A DNA stretch of 64,000 nt from Giardia intestinalis (lineage: Eukaryota), in NCBI GenBank assembly GCA_000002435.2, contig CM018791.1. One strand, 5' to 3'. How positions within the stretch are numbered: position 1 is the first letter of the stretch; every line of letters starts with the position of its first letter. Shown one piece after another: positions 28,581-37,682 of the stretch. The position numbers and the translations under genes are program-made. The notes under the pieces are model-generated. The model saw only the letters and a list, made by a program, of their open reading frames with translations. It was not told the DNA's origin and searched no databases.

Positions 28581-30239
28581 CTACATATGCTTTAATCCGT
28601 AGATTAGGGGAAGATATGTATCTATCGAATGATCTGAACCAGTATCGGCAGCCGCCAAATCATCAGTACATCCATCCTGCTCGGGTGCTAACATATGAGC
28701 AATATCCAGCTGTCCACACCGAAGAGCATATTGCAGTCCAACACCCGGCTCAGCACCAACCCCTAGGTCTCGGAATAGCTGGATAGCATAGATGTTTCCG
28801 TTTGCTATAGCACTTGTGTATGGTGTATCCCCTTCATTGTTAGCCTCCAGCTCTTCAGTGTGGATCGCTAGCTTGTTTGCAATAACATCAAAGTCGGGAT
28901 AAGTAGGAAAGAGCACAAGGTAGTTCAGGGCAGTCATGCCACTAAGGTCTCTATAACCGTACTCCAGTCCAGCTAGGTACTGGCTAGCCTCTTTGGAGTG
29001 GTTGAGTATTGAATACATGAGTGCCGTCTGCCCCGAGGCATCCTGAACTCCTAACTCGTACTCCCCCGTGGCTAGAATCTTTACACACTCAACATGGTTC
29101 TGGGTGGCCGCTATCATCATGGCAGTCTTTCCATTGGGAAGGACGATTCTCCGCTCGCTATCACGCAGAAGCAGCACGGCCTCTGACTGATTATACACGC
29201 ATCCAAGCATCATAGCACTGAAGCCAGAAGGTGTGACAAGTGTTGCCTCAGTAGGTGCAAGCTCTTTTACCAGATCGATCCAGCCGTAGGTCACGGCCAG
29301 CATCAACCCTGTGTAGCCATTTCTATCACGAACGTTGCGCATCTCTTCTTTGTGGTTTCGCACGTATAGTAGGTCACCGGTCTTAATGGCGCTAAGATAC
29401 CGTCGCTCTTCCTGTGTGTCACAGCACATGTACGCTGCCTTAGGGAATGCTCCCAGCAGCAGTGTTTCTAATATCTCTTTTAGACCTGCAGAATAATAGT
29501 CTGGAAACGTACCTATTCTTCTGTCACCATCATTGCTCCGTAAAGAGCAGAATGGAAGGCTTACTAGTTGATACTTGTAAATGGAATAGTGTGCAATTGA
29601 TCCAATATTCCACGCCAGCATGGAGTTGCTTAGTATTATGTTGTCTGTGGCCACTGAGCCGTTGTCTGACTGCTCAATTTTATTTAGATAATTTAGTGGC
29701 ATATAACAGCATTGTAAGGGAGTTACTAGATCTAAACAGCGGAACCCAGACAGGAGGCCAAGGTAATCCATCACCAGATGCACAGAAAAGCTATCTGAAT
29801 CTAGCTCACCGTCTATGAAGATATTCTGCGGGGTGAAAAAGAGGGGGCAGCAGTTGTTTGCCTTTTCAGTGTATTCGTTGGAGATGGTAATTAGTGTTTT
29901 CACCAGCCGCTTGATAAAAGGCTCTGGAAGAGGCTTCATCGAGAACGTACTTGCTGTAACTATCGAGTAGAGAGAAGATCCCGCGGGCATACGAAAGACA
30001 AAAAAAGCATGATTCGCTGAATGGCACTCGAGGCACTCCATAAATCCAGTAGCCTCTGCAACAGCAGGCGATCGGAAGACATTGAAGAGGTCCTCCAAGG
30101 ACTCTGCATTGTCCGCCATGACTAGTCGCGCACACCGATACAACCCACCTTCCTTCTTCTCCTCTATGATGTAGTATGATAGAGACGGGGCTTCTGAGAT
30201 AGTTTCTCGCACGGCGTACTTGTCCTGGAAGAACGGCAT
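28581..30239 (-). CDS. Ankyrin-repeat protein (Protein 21.1 family) with a degenerate N-terminal domain that has no kinase motifs.
   Basis: The C-terminal half has repeated G(Y/F)TxLMxA...G...V motifs (NGYTGLMLAV, GFSAMMLGCV, GKTAMMIAAT, GQTALMYSIL, GMTALNYLVL). The track start is TTG at 30257, and the first ATG is M7 at about 30239. Confidence 0.6.
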   Translation of the reverse strand: MPFFQDKYAVRETISEAPSLSYYIIEEKKEGGLYRCARLVMADNAESLEDLFNVFRSPAVAEATGFMECLECHSANHAFFVFRMPAGSSLYSIVTASTFSMKPLPEPFIKRLVKTLITISNEYTEKANNCCPLFFTPQNIFIDGELDSDSFSVHLVMDYLGLLSGFRCLDLVTPLQCCYMPLNYLNKIEQSDNGSVATDNIILSNSMLAWNIGSIAHYSIYKYQLVSLPFCSLRSNDGDRRIGTFPDYYSAGLKEILETLLLGAFPKAAYMCCDTQEERRYLSAIKTGDLLYVRNHKEEMRNVRDRNGYTGLMLAVTYGWIDLVKELAPTEATLVTPSGFSAMMLGCVYNQSEAVLLLRDSERRIVLPNGKTAMMIAATQNHVECVKILATGEYELGVQDASGQTALMYSILNHSKEASQYLAGLEYGYRDLSGMTALNYLVLFPTYPDFDVIANKLAIHTEELEANNEGDTPYTSAIANGNIYAIQLFRDLGVGAEPGVGLQYALRCGQLDIAHMLAPEQDGCTDDLAAADTGSDHSIDTYLPLIYGLKHM

Positions 30240-30307
30240 AGGAATCTGCAAAATCAAAATTTTAGAACTCTACTGAAGCCATTTACCAGAAGAACTACCA
30301 TAGAGCC

Positions 30308-33300
30308 TCATATATAAGAGAATATTATCTCTGTAATGTCCCTACTTCCCGTCTGTTTTGCTATATCTAGGACGGTCCTATCATCGTACATGTTGAGGTC
30401 ATACTCATCCTTCACAAGCTCCTGGACGGCCTCAGGCCTGCTCCACCTGATGGCACGGATAAGGGCAGTCTCTCCATCGAGCTTCTGCATGCGTTTCTCG
30501 GATGGAAGCAACAAGCGCACTGCCTCGATGCAATTGCTTTGAGCGGCGCACATCAACGCTGTAGTACCATCAGTGCGCTTCATCCGTCCCTCTTTAGGAA
30601 GAAGTAGTGATACTAGTGGGAGATGACCGGCCTCTGCAGCACACATTAGTGCAGTCTTACCGTCATAACGGGTCTGGCACGCTTCCACGGGAAGGAGGAT
30701 TCGCGCCACATTCACTGCTCCTGACTTTGCAGCCTTCATGAGAGCAGTCTCGTCATACTTATCTCGCATGTTCGCTTCATGATTAACTAAGATCCTTGCT
30801 GCTTCCACATTTGAGTTGGTGGCACATGACATAAGCGCAGTCCAGCCGGCCGATGTTGCGACTCCCGCCTCCGAGTTGGCCAAGAGTGCAGCTATTTTAG
30901 AATTATTACATTGAATGGCAATCATCAAGGCGGTGTAGCCATCTTTGTTCTGTAGTTTAGACTCAAACCCTAGCAGCTCCTTCACTATATCAACATGCCC
31001 TAGCTTTGCGGCTCGCATCATAGCGGTTTCACGAGAAGCAGAGAATTTCTTACTTTCGTATGTCTTCAGAAAATTAACAATGTCGACATTGCCAAATTCT
31101 GCTGCAATCATAAGGGCAGTCAGTCCTGCGCTATTGACCTTATTGTGTTCTGCTTCTACAAGCTCCTTCACTGCCTCCAATTTTCCAAAGTGAGCTGCGT
31201 ACATGAGCGCTGTCATGCCGTCCTTGTCCTGCATTCGGCCTTCCTTTGGTATTAAGAGCTTTACAGACCGCACATGGCCAGCAGATGCAGCCATCATCAG
31301 CGCGGTGATGCCCTTTGTTGTAGTTTCGCCACCATGCATTGGCAAAAGAAACCTGACCTGGTCCACATTATCTGCCGAAGCCGCAACCATGAGGGGAGTG
31401 CTATCGTTTGCAACCATGTCGTTGTGCGTCTTGATCGTCATCTCAATGTCACTTTCTATTCTCTCCTGATTACGGAGCTCCTCCTCTGCTCGCATTTGCT
31501 CGTCATCCAGAATACGTATCTCCTCTAGCTTGTCTCCTTCTGCATTAGGGCGAGTTATTATGGTGTTTCCGAGGGCGCTAACAGTGCCATTAATAATCTG
31601 AGATGCCCGTGGGTCTGCATATGCATTATGGATCTCCAACTCTTCTTCGTTATATTCATTATCCTGCAGCCTAGCGTTGCAGCAAGCAGCCGATTTTTGC
31701 CTGGACTTAGCACGGCCACGGGGCTGTTTGGTCTTTCCAGAAGACTTCGAGCGCTTCCGGTTTGAGTTCGCTGCCACATTAGACGCAGTTTCAAGACAGC
31801 TCTGAACGTCGTTCTCGATTGTGCGAAGCGTGTGGTCACCTGTAAGATGAGGCTCATATGACTCCTTCTCACGTGACTGCTTATAGCGATCTCTGGCCCG
31901 TGACTCAGAGGAATTGCTGAGCCGATAGGCATACGGCTCGAGCCTCTCATCGAGCTCTTTTTTCATCATTAATAAGTCCACTATATCGTTTGGAGAGTGG
32001 CGTCTTATGTCTCGTTGGACATCTGGGGCTTCTGGATCCAGATCGGCCTTATCGGCATTCACTATCTTGCCAGGAACAACATTGAAAATTCTATCGACTA
32101 GATGCTCCTTATCTACCTGGACCCCGTAGCGCATAGTAAGAAAATCAGACATGATCTCGTTGACAACAATAGGCGCAACCTCCTCCATGTCTGTCGTCTT
32201 CTTTGTGTACTTTTGTGTAGCAAGCCTGTCGTTAATGGGCTCAGTTATGCGTCTGCTCTGCAGTATCTGAGTCGCAACATCATCTTTCATAACCGCAGAG
32301 TCCCCTCCCATCTTCGCGGCATTGGCTACAATCGCAGAATAATCTGCTACGTTTAGTTGGCTGGCGGTCATGCCTGTCATACCGTGGGAGCCTGCAAAGC
32401 TCTTGGTTATTGGATCGGGACCTTGATTAGCTGGAATCATTCCCGGAGAGTTCACGGCCGATGCTGTCATAGAATTTCCTAACTGTCCAGAGCGCATCAG
32501 CGCGCTTTTCCATGAGATATTTGGGACAGCATGATGAAACTCCTGACCACCAACAGCTGAAGACAAAGGCCGTGTGGTCGGGTCTCCAATAAATCTGTCC
32601 CGGGCATCCTGGATCTCCTTGCTCATCGTCTGTCTCGATGACTGTGTTGCAGATGTCTTGCCATACGTGGCATTGAGTCTGTTCAAAAGGTCTGTGGTAC
32701 TTTGACGGAGATCATCTCCTGACTCTACGTTTCCTCGGATCGTTGCCATGAGCTGGGAGTTCGTGCGGGCAGGAATACCAGACACAAGTGTGGCCACTGT
32801 TTGCATTTCTGGCCACAAGAGAATTTCGTGCGATGAGATGCGCTCTTTCTCATTGAAGGTAAGCATCTTGTTAACAAGCGCTTCGAGAGAAGTAGAGTAG
32901 TTCGGCAAGCTGATATGCTTTCCAGAGCCGTCAAGAGACTGTCTGATGACCTCTGATGACGGGATTTTAGTGAATAGGGTCAGCGTGCATAGCTCATAGG
33001 CGACACATCCCAGAGACCAAACGTCCGCCTTATCAGTGTACTTCTCTCGGCGTAGAATCTCAGGCGCCATATAGACTAGATGAGAAGCAGGGGACTCTGA
33101 AATGCTACGAATATCAAGCAGGGTGAAGAGATCTGGGAAGCGGAGCTTAGTAAGCATGGATGTATTCTCTCCTATCAAAATCGAGAAGCTACTGACGTGT
33201 CTGTGTACCAATTTGGGGACCTTGGGACAATTGTGCTTGCTGTTGGAGTGGCAGTATGAAAGCCCGGCGCACACACTATAGAGGATTGCCCATATTTGCT

Positions 33301-33637
33301 CCTCGGGAATTAGCGTGCCCGATGACTTATAATTTGTGATTAAATCTGCTAGCTCATGTGAAGGAGATCGCTCGGTTATGACTACTACCTTACGGGCTGG
33401 TTTGTTGTGGTAAACATCCAAGATGTTTAGAAGACATGGATGCCTCAGCTGCATATACCTCTCAAGCGCTATAAAATCTGGCTCTTGTGGATGAACAAGG
33501 AGCTTTTCATAGCAGATGTTGTGATAATCAACCAGCTCTCCCGTCTCCTTATTCTTTGCAAGGCTCACTTGAATGTGCGGCTCCACGGAGTATGGCTCAA
33601 GAATGTGGTACCGAGAGGAGATATGGTGTGCAGACAT
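30308..33637 (-). CDS. NEK-family kinase-like protein with C-terminal ankyrin repeats. It is predicted to be a pseudokinase.
   Basis: The N-terminal kinase fold (...LVHRHVSSFSILIG...LVYMAPE...DVWSLGCVAYEL) has HRH in place of HRD, and no DFG motif was identified. More than 10 ankyrin repeats follow (GITALMMAASAGH, GMTALMYAAHFGK and others). The track start is TTG 33649, and the first ATG is M5 at about 33637. Confidence 0.7.
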   Translation of the reverse strand: MSAHHISSRYHILEPYSVEPHIQVSLAKNKETGELVDYHNICYEKLLVHPQEPDFIALERYMQLRHPCLLNILDVYHNKPARKVVVITERSPSHELADLITNYKSSGTLIPEEQIWAILYSVCAGLSYCHSNSKHNCPKVPKLVHRHVSSFSILIGENTSMLTKLRFPDLFTLLDIRSISESPASHLVYMAPEILRREKYTDKADVWSLGCVAYELCTLTLFTKIPSSEVIRQSLDGSGKHISLPNYSTSLEALVNKMLTFNEKERISSHEILLWPEMQTVATLVSGIPARTNSQLMATIRGNVESGDDLRQSTTDLLNRLNATYGKTSATQSSRQTMSKEIQDARDRFIGDPTTRPLSSAVGGQEFHHAVPNISWKSALMRSGQLGNSMTASAVNSPGMIPANQGPDPITKSFAGSHGMTGMTASQLNVADYSAIVANAAKMGGDSAVMKDDVATQILQSRRITEPINDRLATQKYTKKTTDMEEVAPIVVNEIMSDFLTMRYGVQVDKEHLVDRIFNVVPGKIVNADKADLDPEAPDVQRDIRRHSPNDIVDLLMMKKELDERLEPYAYRLSNSSESRARDRYKQSREKESYEPHLTGDHTLRTIENDVQSCLETASNVAANSNRKRSKSSGKTKQPRGRAKSRQKSAACCNARLQDNEYNEEELEIHNAYADPRASQIINGTVSALGNTIITRPNAEGDKLEEIRILDDEQMRAEEELRNQERIESDIEMTIKTHNDMVANDSTPLMVAASADNVDQVRFLLPMHGGETTTKGITALMMAASAGHVRSVKLLIPKEGRMQDKDGMTALMYAAHFGKLEAVKELVEAEHNKVNSAGLTALMIAAEFGNVDIVNFLKTYESKKFSASRETAMMRAAKLGHVDIVKELLGFESKLQNKDGYTALMIAIQCNNSKIAALLANSEAGVATSAGWTALMSCATNSNVEAARILVNHEANMRDKYDETALMKAAKSGAVNVARILLPVEACQTRYDGKTALMCAAEAGHLPLVSLLLPKEGRMKRTDGTTALMCAAQSNCIEAVRLLLPSEKRMQKLDGETALIRAIRWSRPEAVQELVKDEYDLNMYDDRTVLDIAKQTGSRDITEIIFSYI

Positions 33638-33831
33638 CTTCCAAGGCAATTTTATTTAAGGCGGTATCGCGCAACACCCTTCGTGAAAAGTAATTGGAAT
33701 TAAAGTGCACCCCCAACAAGCATTTACTTACAGAAAAGACGTGCCCTGCCTTATATACGCAGAGTATAAACTATTTCATTAGACGCAATCTTTTGTTTCT
33801 GTTGTCGACAGCTATGTACTTTCCCCACGCT

Positions 33832-34890
33832 CTAAATGTTAAGCTCGGAACTGGCTAACCGCTGGAAATTTGGGGGAAGCGAAGAAAGCGCCCAGGAAAG
33901 CTGATCATCATTGATCGTGCCAGTATTTTCGTAAAGCTTGCTTGCTGTGCTAAGGCCGAGAGACTTCATGCTAGAGAGGCTGCCTGATGGGAGGACAGCT
34001 GATGTAGAGGTAGGCCCCATAAGCCCCTTACACATCTGCACCAAGCCGTCTGTCTCCTTTATCTGGACCTTTATCAGGTTTAGTTGTTTCCTCAACTCGT
34101 GCTTCTTAGCTCGCAACTTCTGGAATTTCCGCTGTGCAGAAAAGTGGAAATGGGTCTCGTGCTCAATCTTAAGAAGGCTGCGAATTTGCTCGCGGTACAT
34201 TAGTTCCAATTTCACAAGAATATCTAGCGACGCTGTGAGGTCATCATGCGCGCATTGGAGCTTTCTATTCTTAAAATGGTGCTTGCCGAGAAAGAAGCGG
34301 CAGGCTCCTATTTCTGCACACACAGGGTTTCGAACACGCAAGTATAGACCCATGGCAATCGTTAACCAGTCTTCAACCTCAGGGCGTCCGTATATCAACG
34401 CTGTCTCGCCCATGCTCTGGTAAATCTCTGCTTCTGTTAAAAGCGTGTTGGCAGAGCTCCGTATCGATGGCGGGGATACGTTGATGCACTCGAGCGCACG
34501 AGTAAACTTCTCCAGGATTATGTCGAAGGGTGTACGGAGAGTCTTCGTTGCAGTGGTTGCCTTAGCATCAGCACTGTCTACTGACTCTGACCCGGAGCTT
34601 TTGTCCAAATCTGTATTTGTGCTATGGGACTGAGAACGCGCGTCTTCTGAGGCGCTAGCCAGGGTCTCTTCTGAATCTGAGCCTGGAATAGGGTTCTGAG
34701 AGATACGGAGGAGGGCGCGCCCGAGTTTGCAGTAGAAGATGGCAAGCTTGTAGTGGACGGGGGAGCCGTACGCATCGGCCAGCATGTCGATGCAGCGGTC
34801 GAGGTGCCGCACGGCGCGCCGGTAGTCTCCGCGGAGGGCGGCTGTGTGAGCGCGGTCGTAGTGCTCGCGGACGCTTCTCCAGAGGGCCAT
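33832..34890 (-). CDS. Hypothetical TPR-like protein with an acidic Ser-rich insertion and a C-terminal coiled coil. Architecture resembles SHNi-TPR/NASP, assigned at low confidence.
   Basis: ATG confirmed. An N-terminal TPR-like helical pair (YRRAVRHLDRCIDMLADAYG...YKLAIFYCKLGRALL) is interrupted by GSDSEETLASASEDARSQSHSTNTDLDKSSGSESVDSAD, followed by further helical repeats. Confidence 0.3.
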   Translation of the reverse strand: MALWRSVREHYDRAHTAALRGDYRRAVRHLDRCIDMLADAYGSPVHYKLAIFYCKLGRALLRISQNPIPGSDSEETLASASEDARSQSHSTNTDLDKSSGSESVDSADAKATTATKTLRTPFDIILEKFTRALECINVSPPSIRSSANTLLTEAEIYQSMGETALIYGRPEVEDWLTIAMGLYLRVRNPVCAEIGACRFFLGKHHFKNRKLQCAHDDLTASLDILVKLELMYREQIRSLLKIEHETHFHFSAQRKFQKLRAKKHELRKQLNLIKVQIKETDGLVQMCKGLMGPTSTSAVLPSGSLSSMKSLGLSTASKLYENTGTINDDQLSWALSSLPPNFQRLASSELNI

Positions 34891-34953
34891 TTCTTTTTCC
34901 GCGTCTCCTGCACAAAGCGGTTTCGCGCATCTTGTGGCTCGAGCGGTCCGTGC

Positions 34954-35035
34954 GACAGTTTGGCCGAGTGGTTAAGGCGCTTGCCTGCTAAGCAAGTGTG
35001 CTCCGCACGCGTGGGTTCGAATCCCACAGCTGTCG
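34954..35035 (+). tRNA. tRNA-Ser(GCU), class II with a long variable arm.
   Basis: GACAGTT-TG-GCCGAGTGGTTAAGGCG-CTTGC-CTGCTAA-GCAAG-TGTGCTCCGCACGCG-TGGGTTCGAATCCCAC-AGCTGTC-G folds as a cloverleaf. The acceptor stem is 7 bp including one G-U pair. Box A is TGGCCGAGTGG and box B is GGTTCGAATCC. The anticodon is GCT. No CCA is encoded. It is nearly identical to eukaryotic tRNA-Ser(GCU) outside the acceptor and anticodon stems. Confidence 0.9.
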
Positions 35036-35037
35036 GT

Positions 35038-35814
35038 TTACTCGCCGCTCCCCCTCGTCTCTCCGTCCTCCTTCGTCTCCTCACTCCTCGCCTTTGCCTC
35101 CTCCCGCGCCTTCCTGAGCTGGAGCATGGCGGTGCGGCCGTGCTCCTTGACCCGCGACCCGCGCCGCGCGACAAAGAAGACAAAGAAGTTCCCCTGCGTG
35201 ATACGAAAGACCTCGTGCTTTCCGAGCTTCCGAAAGAGGTACCCGCAATTGTAGTTCCGCGGAAGCTTGAGGACTGCGAGCTTCATCGATAAGTGGGCCT
35301 CGAACGCCCTGTTAACGACATCCTCGACCGCGAGAGAACCCAGCGTGAGCTGTATGTCTGTCTGGGACCGGTAGTCGACTCCGCCCCACGGGGGATCGAG
35401 GTAGAGCGAGAACGTCGCAACAGCTCCAATTAACGTCCAGAACTGCGGGATGAGCGCGGCGGTGTCTCCAGAGATCGTCTTCGCGTCAACCCCCCAAGTG
35501 GTCAGATTATCCTGGAGAAGCGCATACGTCTCGGGATCCCTCTCAATGGCGACAGTCATATCAAAGTGCTTAGCCAACAGCCTGGTGTCTCCGCCTACAC
35601 AGGCGGTTCCATCAATCACTGCGTAGGGCGGCTTGCCCAGCAAAGCAAGCACAGTGCGCATCATTCTAGCGACTTCATCTGCGTACACCGCCGGAGTGAC
35701 CGAGAAAAAAGCGACCTCGTTCATCTTAATCATGACGCGCTTCTCTTCCGGCAAGTCGCTGAAAAGCCACTTCATCCGCTCGACACATTTGCTGTCGAGT
35801 AGCCATGTGGACAT
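35038..35814 (-). CDS. TGS2: RNA cap guanine-N2 methyltransferase (Tgs2/TGS1 family), 258 aa.
   Basis: ATG confirmed. VIDGTACVGGDTRLLA is the SAM-binding motif I, and LYLDPPWGGVDY is the TGS1 signature (D/S)PPWGG. The 258-aa length matches the biochemically characterised Giardia Tgs2. Confidence 0.75.
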   Translation of the reverse strand: MSTWLLDSKCVERMKWLFSDLPEEKRVMIKMNEVAFFSVTPAVYADEVARMMRTVLALLGKPPYAVIDGTACVGGDTRLLAKHFDMTVAIERDPETYALLQDNLTTWGVDAKTISGDTAALIPQFWTLIGAVATFSLYLDPPWGGVDYRSQTDIQLTLGSLAVEDVVNRAFEAHLSMKLAVLKLPRNYNCGYLFRKLGKHEVFRITQGNFFVFFVARRGSRVKEHGRTAMLQLRKAREEAKARSEETKEDGETRGSGE

Positions 35815-35886
35815 ATCGAAGAACTCAACCTCATGTGCAAAATAATAACCTCGGTAAATAATTTACAAGGTATAAAATTATACAAG

Positions 35887-36501
35887 CTAAGCATCCGCAC
35901 TCACAAGGTGACTGTTGTAGAACGTCACTAGTTCAAGCCGCTTCGCCTCGTCAAGCTTCAGCCACTCGGCAGCCCAGGCGTCCCGCTCGGCAGCAGACAG
36001 ACTGTCGTATCGATCGGAGAGAACCTTACGGACCCGCTTGTCATTCGGGATCGGCCGACCGTTGTGGCGCTCTGCATACTTCAGAACATAGCCCACAATA
36101 AAGAAGATCCTCAGGTTATTGGGCGCGTCTGCACCTAGGTTTGGGCCCTGGTCCTGCGAAGGAGACGCGTCTTCATTGTCAACAGCAGCCGTAGGCTTCT
36201 TACGGCGTTCTCTTGTATCTACGTCACGTTTCGCAGGCTTTTCCTTAGCTGCACCCGGCCGATCCTCTGGATGCTCCTCCAGCCACTTCTTCATGGCCTC
36301 CTTGTATAGGCGCGTCTGTTCTTCGTAGCTATCTGTGTATTGTTTGCGGGTCTTCTCATCGAGCTCCTTCCACCGCCGGCCAAGTACTTTAGTCCTCTCT
36401 TTGGGCACCACGTCCCTGTACTCGTCAAGATGATCGTGCATAAATGCAAAGTAAGGTGTAAAGGGCTTTGTTGGCTTTGTTTGGGGCGCGTCCTCCTCCA
36501 T
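35887..36501 (-). CDS. HMG-box DNA-binding protein.
   Basis: KPFTPYFAFMHDHLDEYRDVVPKERTKVLGRRWKELDEKTRKQYTDSYEEQTRLYKEAMKKW matches the HMG-box consensus (P.SAY..F........P......+..G..W+.L...EK..Y...A...+..Y...). The track start is TTG at 36522, and the first ATG is M8 at about 36501. Confidence 0.65.
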   Translation of the reverse strand: MEEDAPQTKPTKPFTPYFAFMHDHLDEYRDVVPKERTKVLGRRWKELDEKTRKQYTDSYEEQTRLYKEAMKKWLEEHPEDRPGAAKEKPAKRDVDTRERRKKPTAAVDNEDASPSQDQGPNLGADAPNNLRIFFIVGYVLKYAERHNGRPIPNDKRVRKVLSDRYDSLSAAERDAWAAEWLKLDEAKRLELVTFYNSHLVSADA

Positions 36502-36607
36502 CGTAAATGTAAAGGCAAACAAAAGTGTACTGATTTCTTTAAACGTTCACAAAATCTGAATTTGTACATAATCAAAAATCTAAAATTCAAAGGACTACCC
36601 CTGAGTC

Positions 36608-37660
36608 ATGCTCCCGCAGAAGCTTCCTGAGCTTTTCCAGGATTCCACGGCGACATGCCCACAGTCTACAGACGGTCCTGAAATTACATTTACGACGATG
36701 CGAACCATCGGATCGGGCTCCTTCGGGGTTGTCTTCATTGCAAAGACAAGCACGGGCGAGCTCATTGCAATCAAGAAGGTCTTCCAGGATCGGAAGTATC
36801 GCAACCGCGAGCTCTCCATCATGCAGGAGCTAGGTCAGCATCCGTGCATTATACGTCTTATCAACTCCTACATCTCCGTGGCAACAAACCAAACGAATGG
36901 GGATTTCTTGAATATTCTAATGGACTACTACCAGGAAAATGGGTATCAAATCTATAAGAGTTACATCAGGGCTGGGATAAAGATGCCCATGTTTCACATA
37001 AAGTTATATACGTTCCAGTTTCTGCGCGGCTTGGCATACATGCATTCCTTTAATATCGCAAACCGCGACCTTAAGCCCCAGAATACCCTCGTGAACCGCG
37101 AGTCTGGTCGTGCGGTTCTCTGCGATCTGGGGTCTGCGAAGAAGTTGAATCCTGCAGAGCCCAACATAGCGTACATCTGCAGTCGCTACTATCGCGCCCC
37201 CGAGCTCATCTTCGGTTCGCGCTACTACACCACAGTCATCGATATTTGGTCTTTTGGTTGCGTTGTCGCTGAGATGATAATCGGTAAGCCGATCTACGCT
37301 GGGTCTTCGCCACTGGATCAGATTATCGAGATTATCAAAATACTCGGACCACCAAGCCTCAAGGAGCTTAAGGAGATGAACCCAACTTTAAAGGAATACG
37401 CCTTCCCAACGATAAGGACCACACCAATGTCAGATGTTCTTGGAACAAAGGACCCCGTAGTCTTAGACTTCTTTGCCCGCTGCTTTAAGTACTCTCCCAA
37501 CGAGCGCATAACGGCCTATGAGGCCCTTGCCCACCCATTCTATGACGACCTGCGTGCTCGCGACGCTCCAATATCCAAAGACCTGAAGTTGTTTGAGTTT
37601 AGTGAATACGAGCGCAAGGCCATGTCCCCCGAGCTTCTCTCTAAGATCCGTCCCCAGTAG
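36608..37660 (+). CDS. GSK3: Glycogen synthase kinase-3 (GSK3) homolog.
   Basis: ATG confirmed. GSGSFGVVF...AIKKVFQDRKYRNRELSIMQEL...DLKPQNTLV...CDLGSAKKL...PNIAYICSRYYRAPELIFG...DIWSFGCV is collinear with GSK3 (KVLQDKRFKNRELQIM...VSYICSRYYRAPELIFGA). The catalytic loop reads NRDLKPQN, with H replaced by N in HRD. AGTAAAC (37663..37669) follows 3 nt after the stop. Confidence 0.85.
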   Translation: MLPQKLPELFQDSTATCPQSTDGPEITFTTMRTIGSGSFGVVFIAKTSTGELIAIKKVFQDRKYRNRELSIMQELGQHPCIIRLINSYISVATNQTNGDFLNILMDYYQENGYQIYKSYIRAGIKMPMFHIKLYTFQFLRGLAYMHSFNIANRDLKPQNTLVNRESGRAVLCDLGSAKKLNPAEPNIAYICSRYYRAPELIFGSRYYTTVIDIWSFGCVVAEMIIGKPIYAGSSPLDQIIEIIKILGPPSLKELKEMNPTLKEYAFPTIRTTPMSDVLGTKDPVVLDFFARCFKYSPNERITAYEALAHPFYDDLRARDAPISKDLKLFEFSEYERKAMSPELLSKIRPQ

Positions 37661-37682
37661 TTAGTAAACGGTAAGTGTGTGC

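Noticed and set aside
34578-35292. 201-aa (-) and 179-aa (+) ORFs spanning the tRNA-Ser locus.
   Set aside because: They overlap a well-folded tRNA gene and the 5' and 3' ends of flanking genes. They are GC-rich chance ORFs with low-complexity translations.
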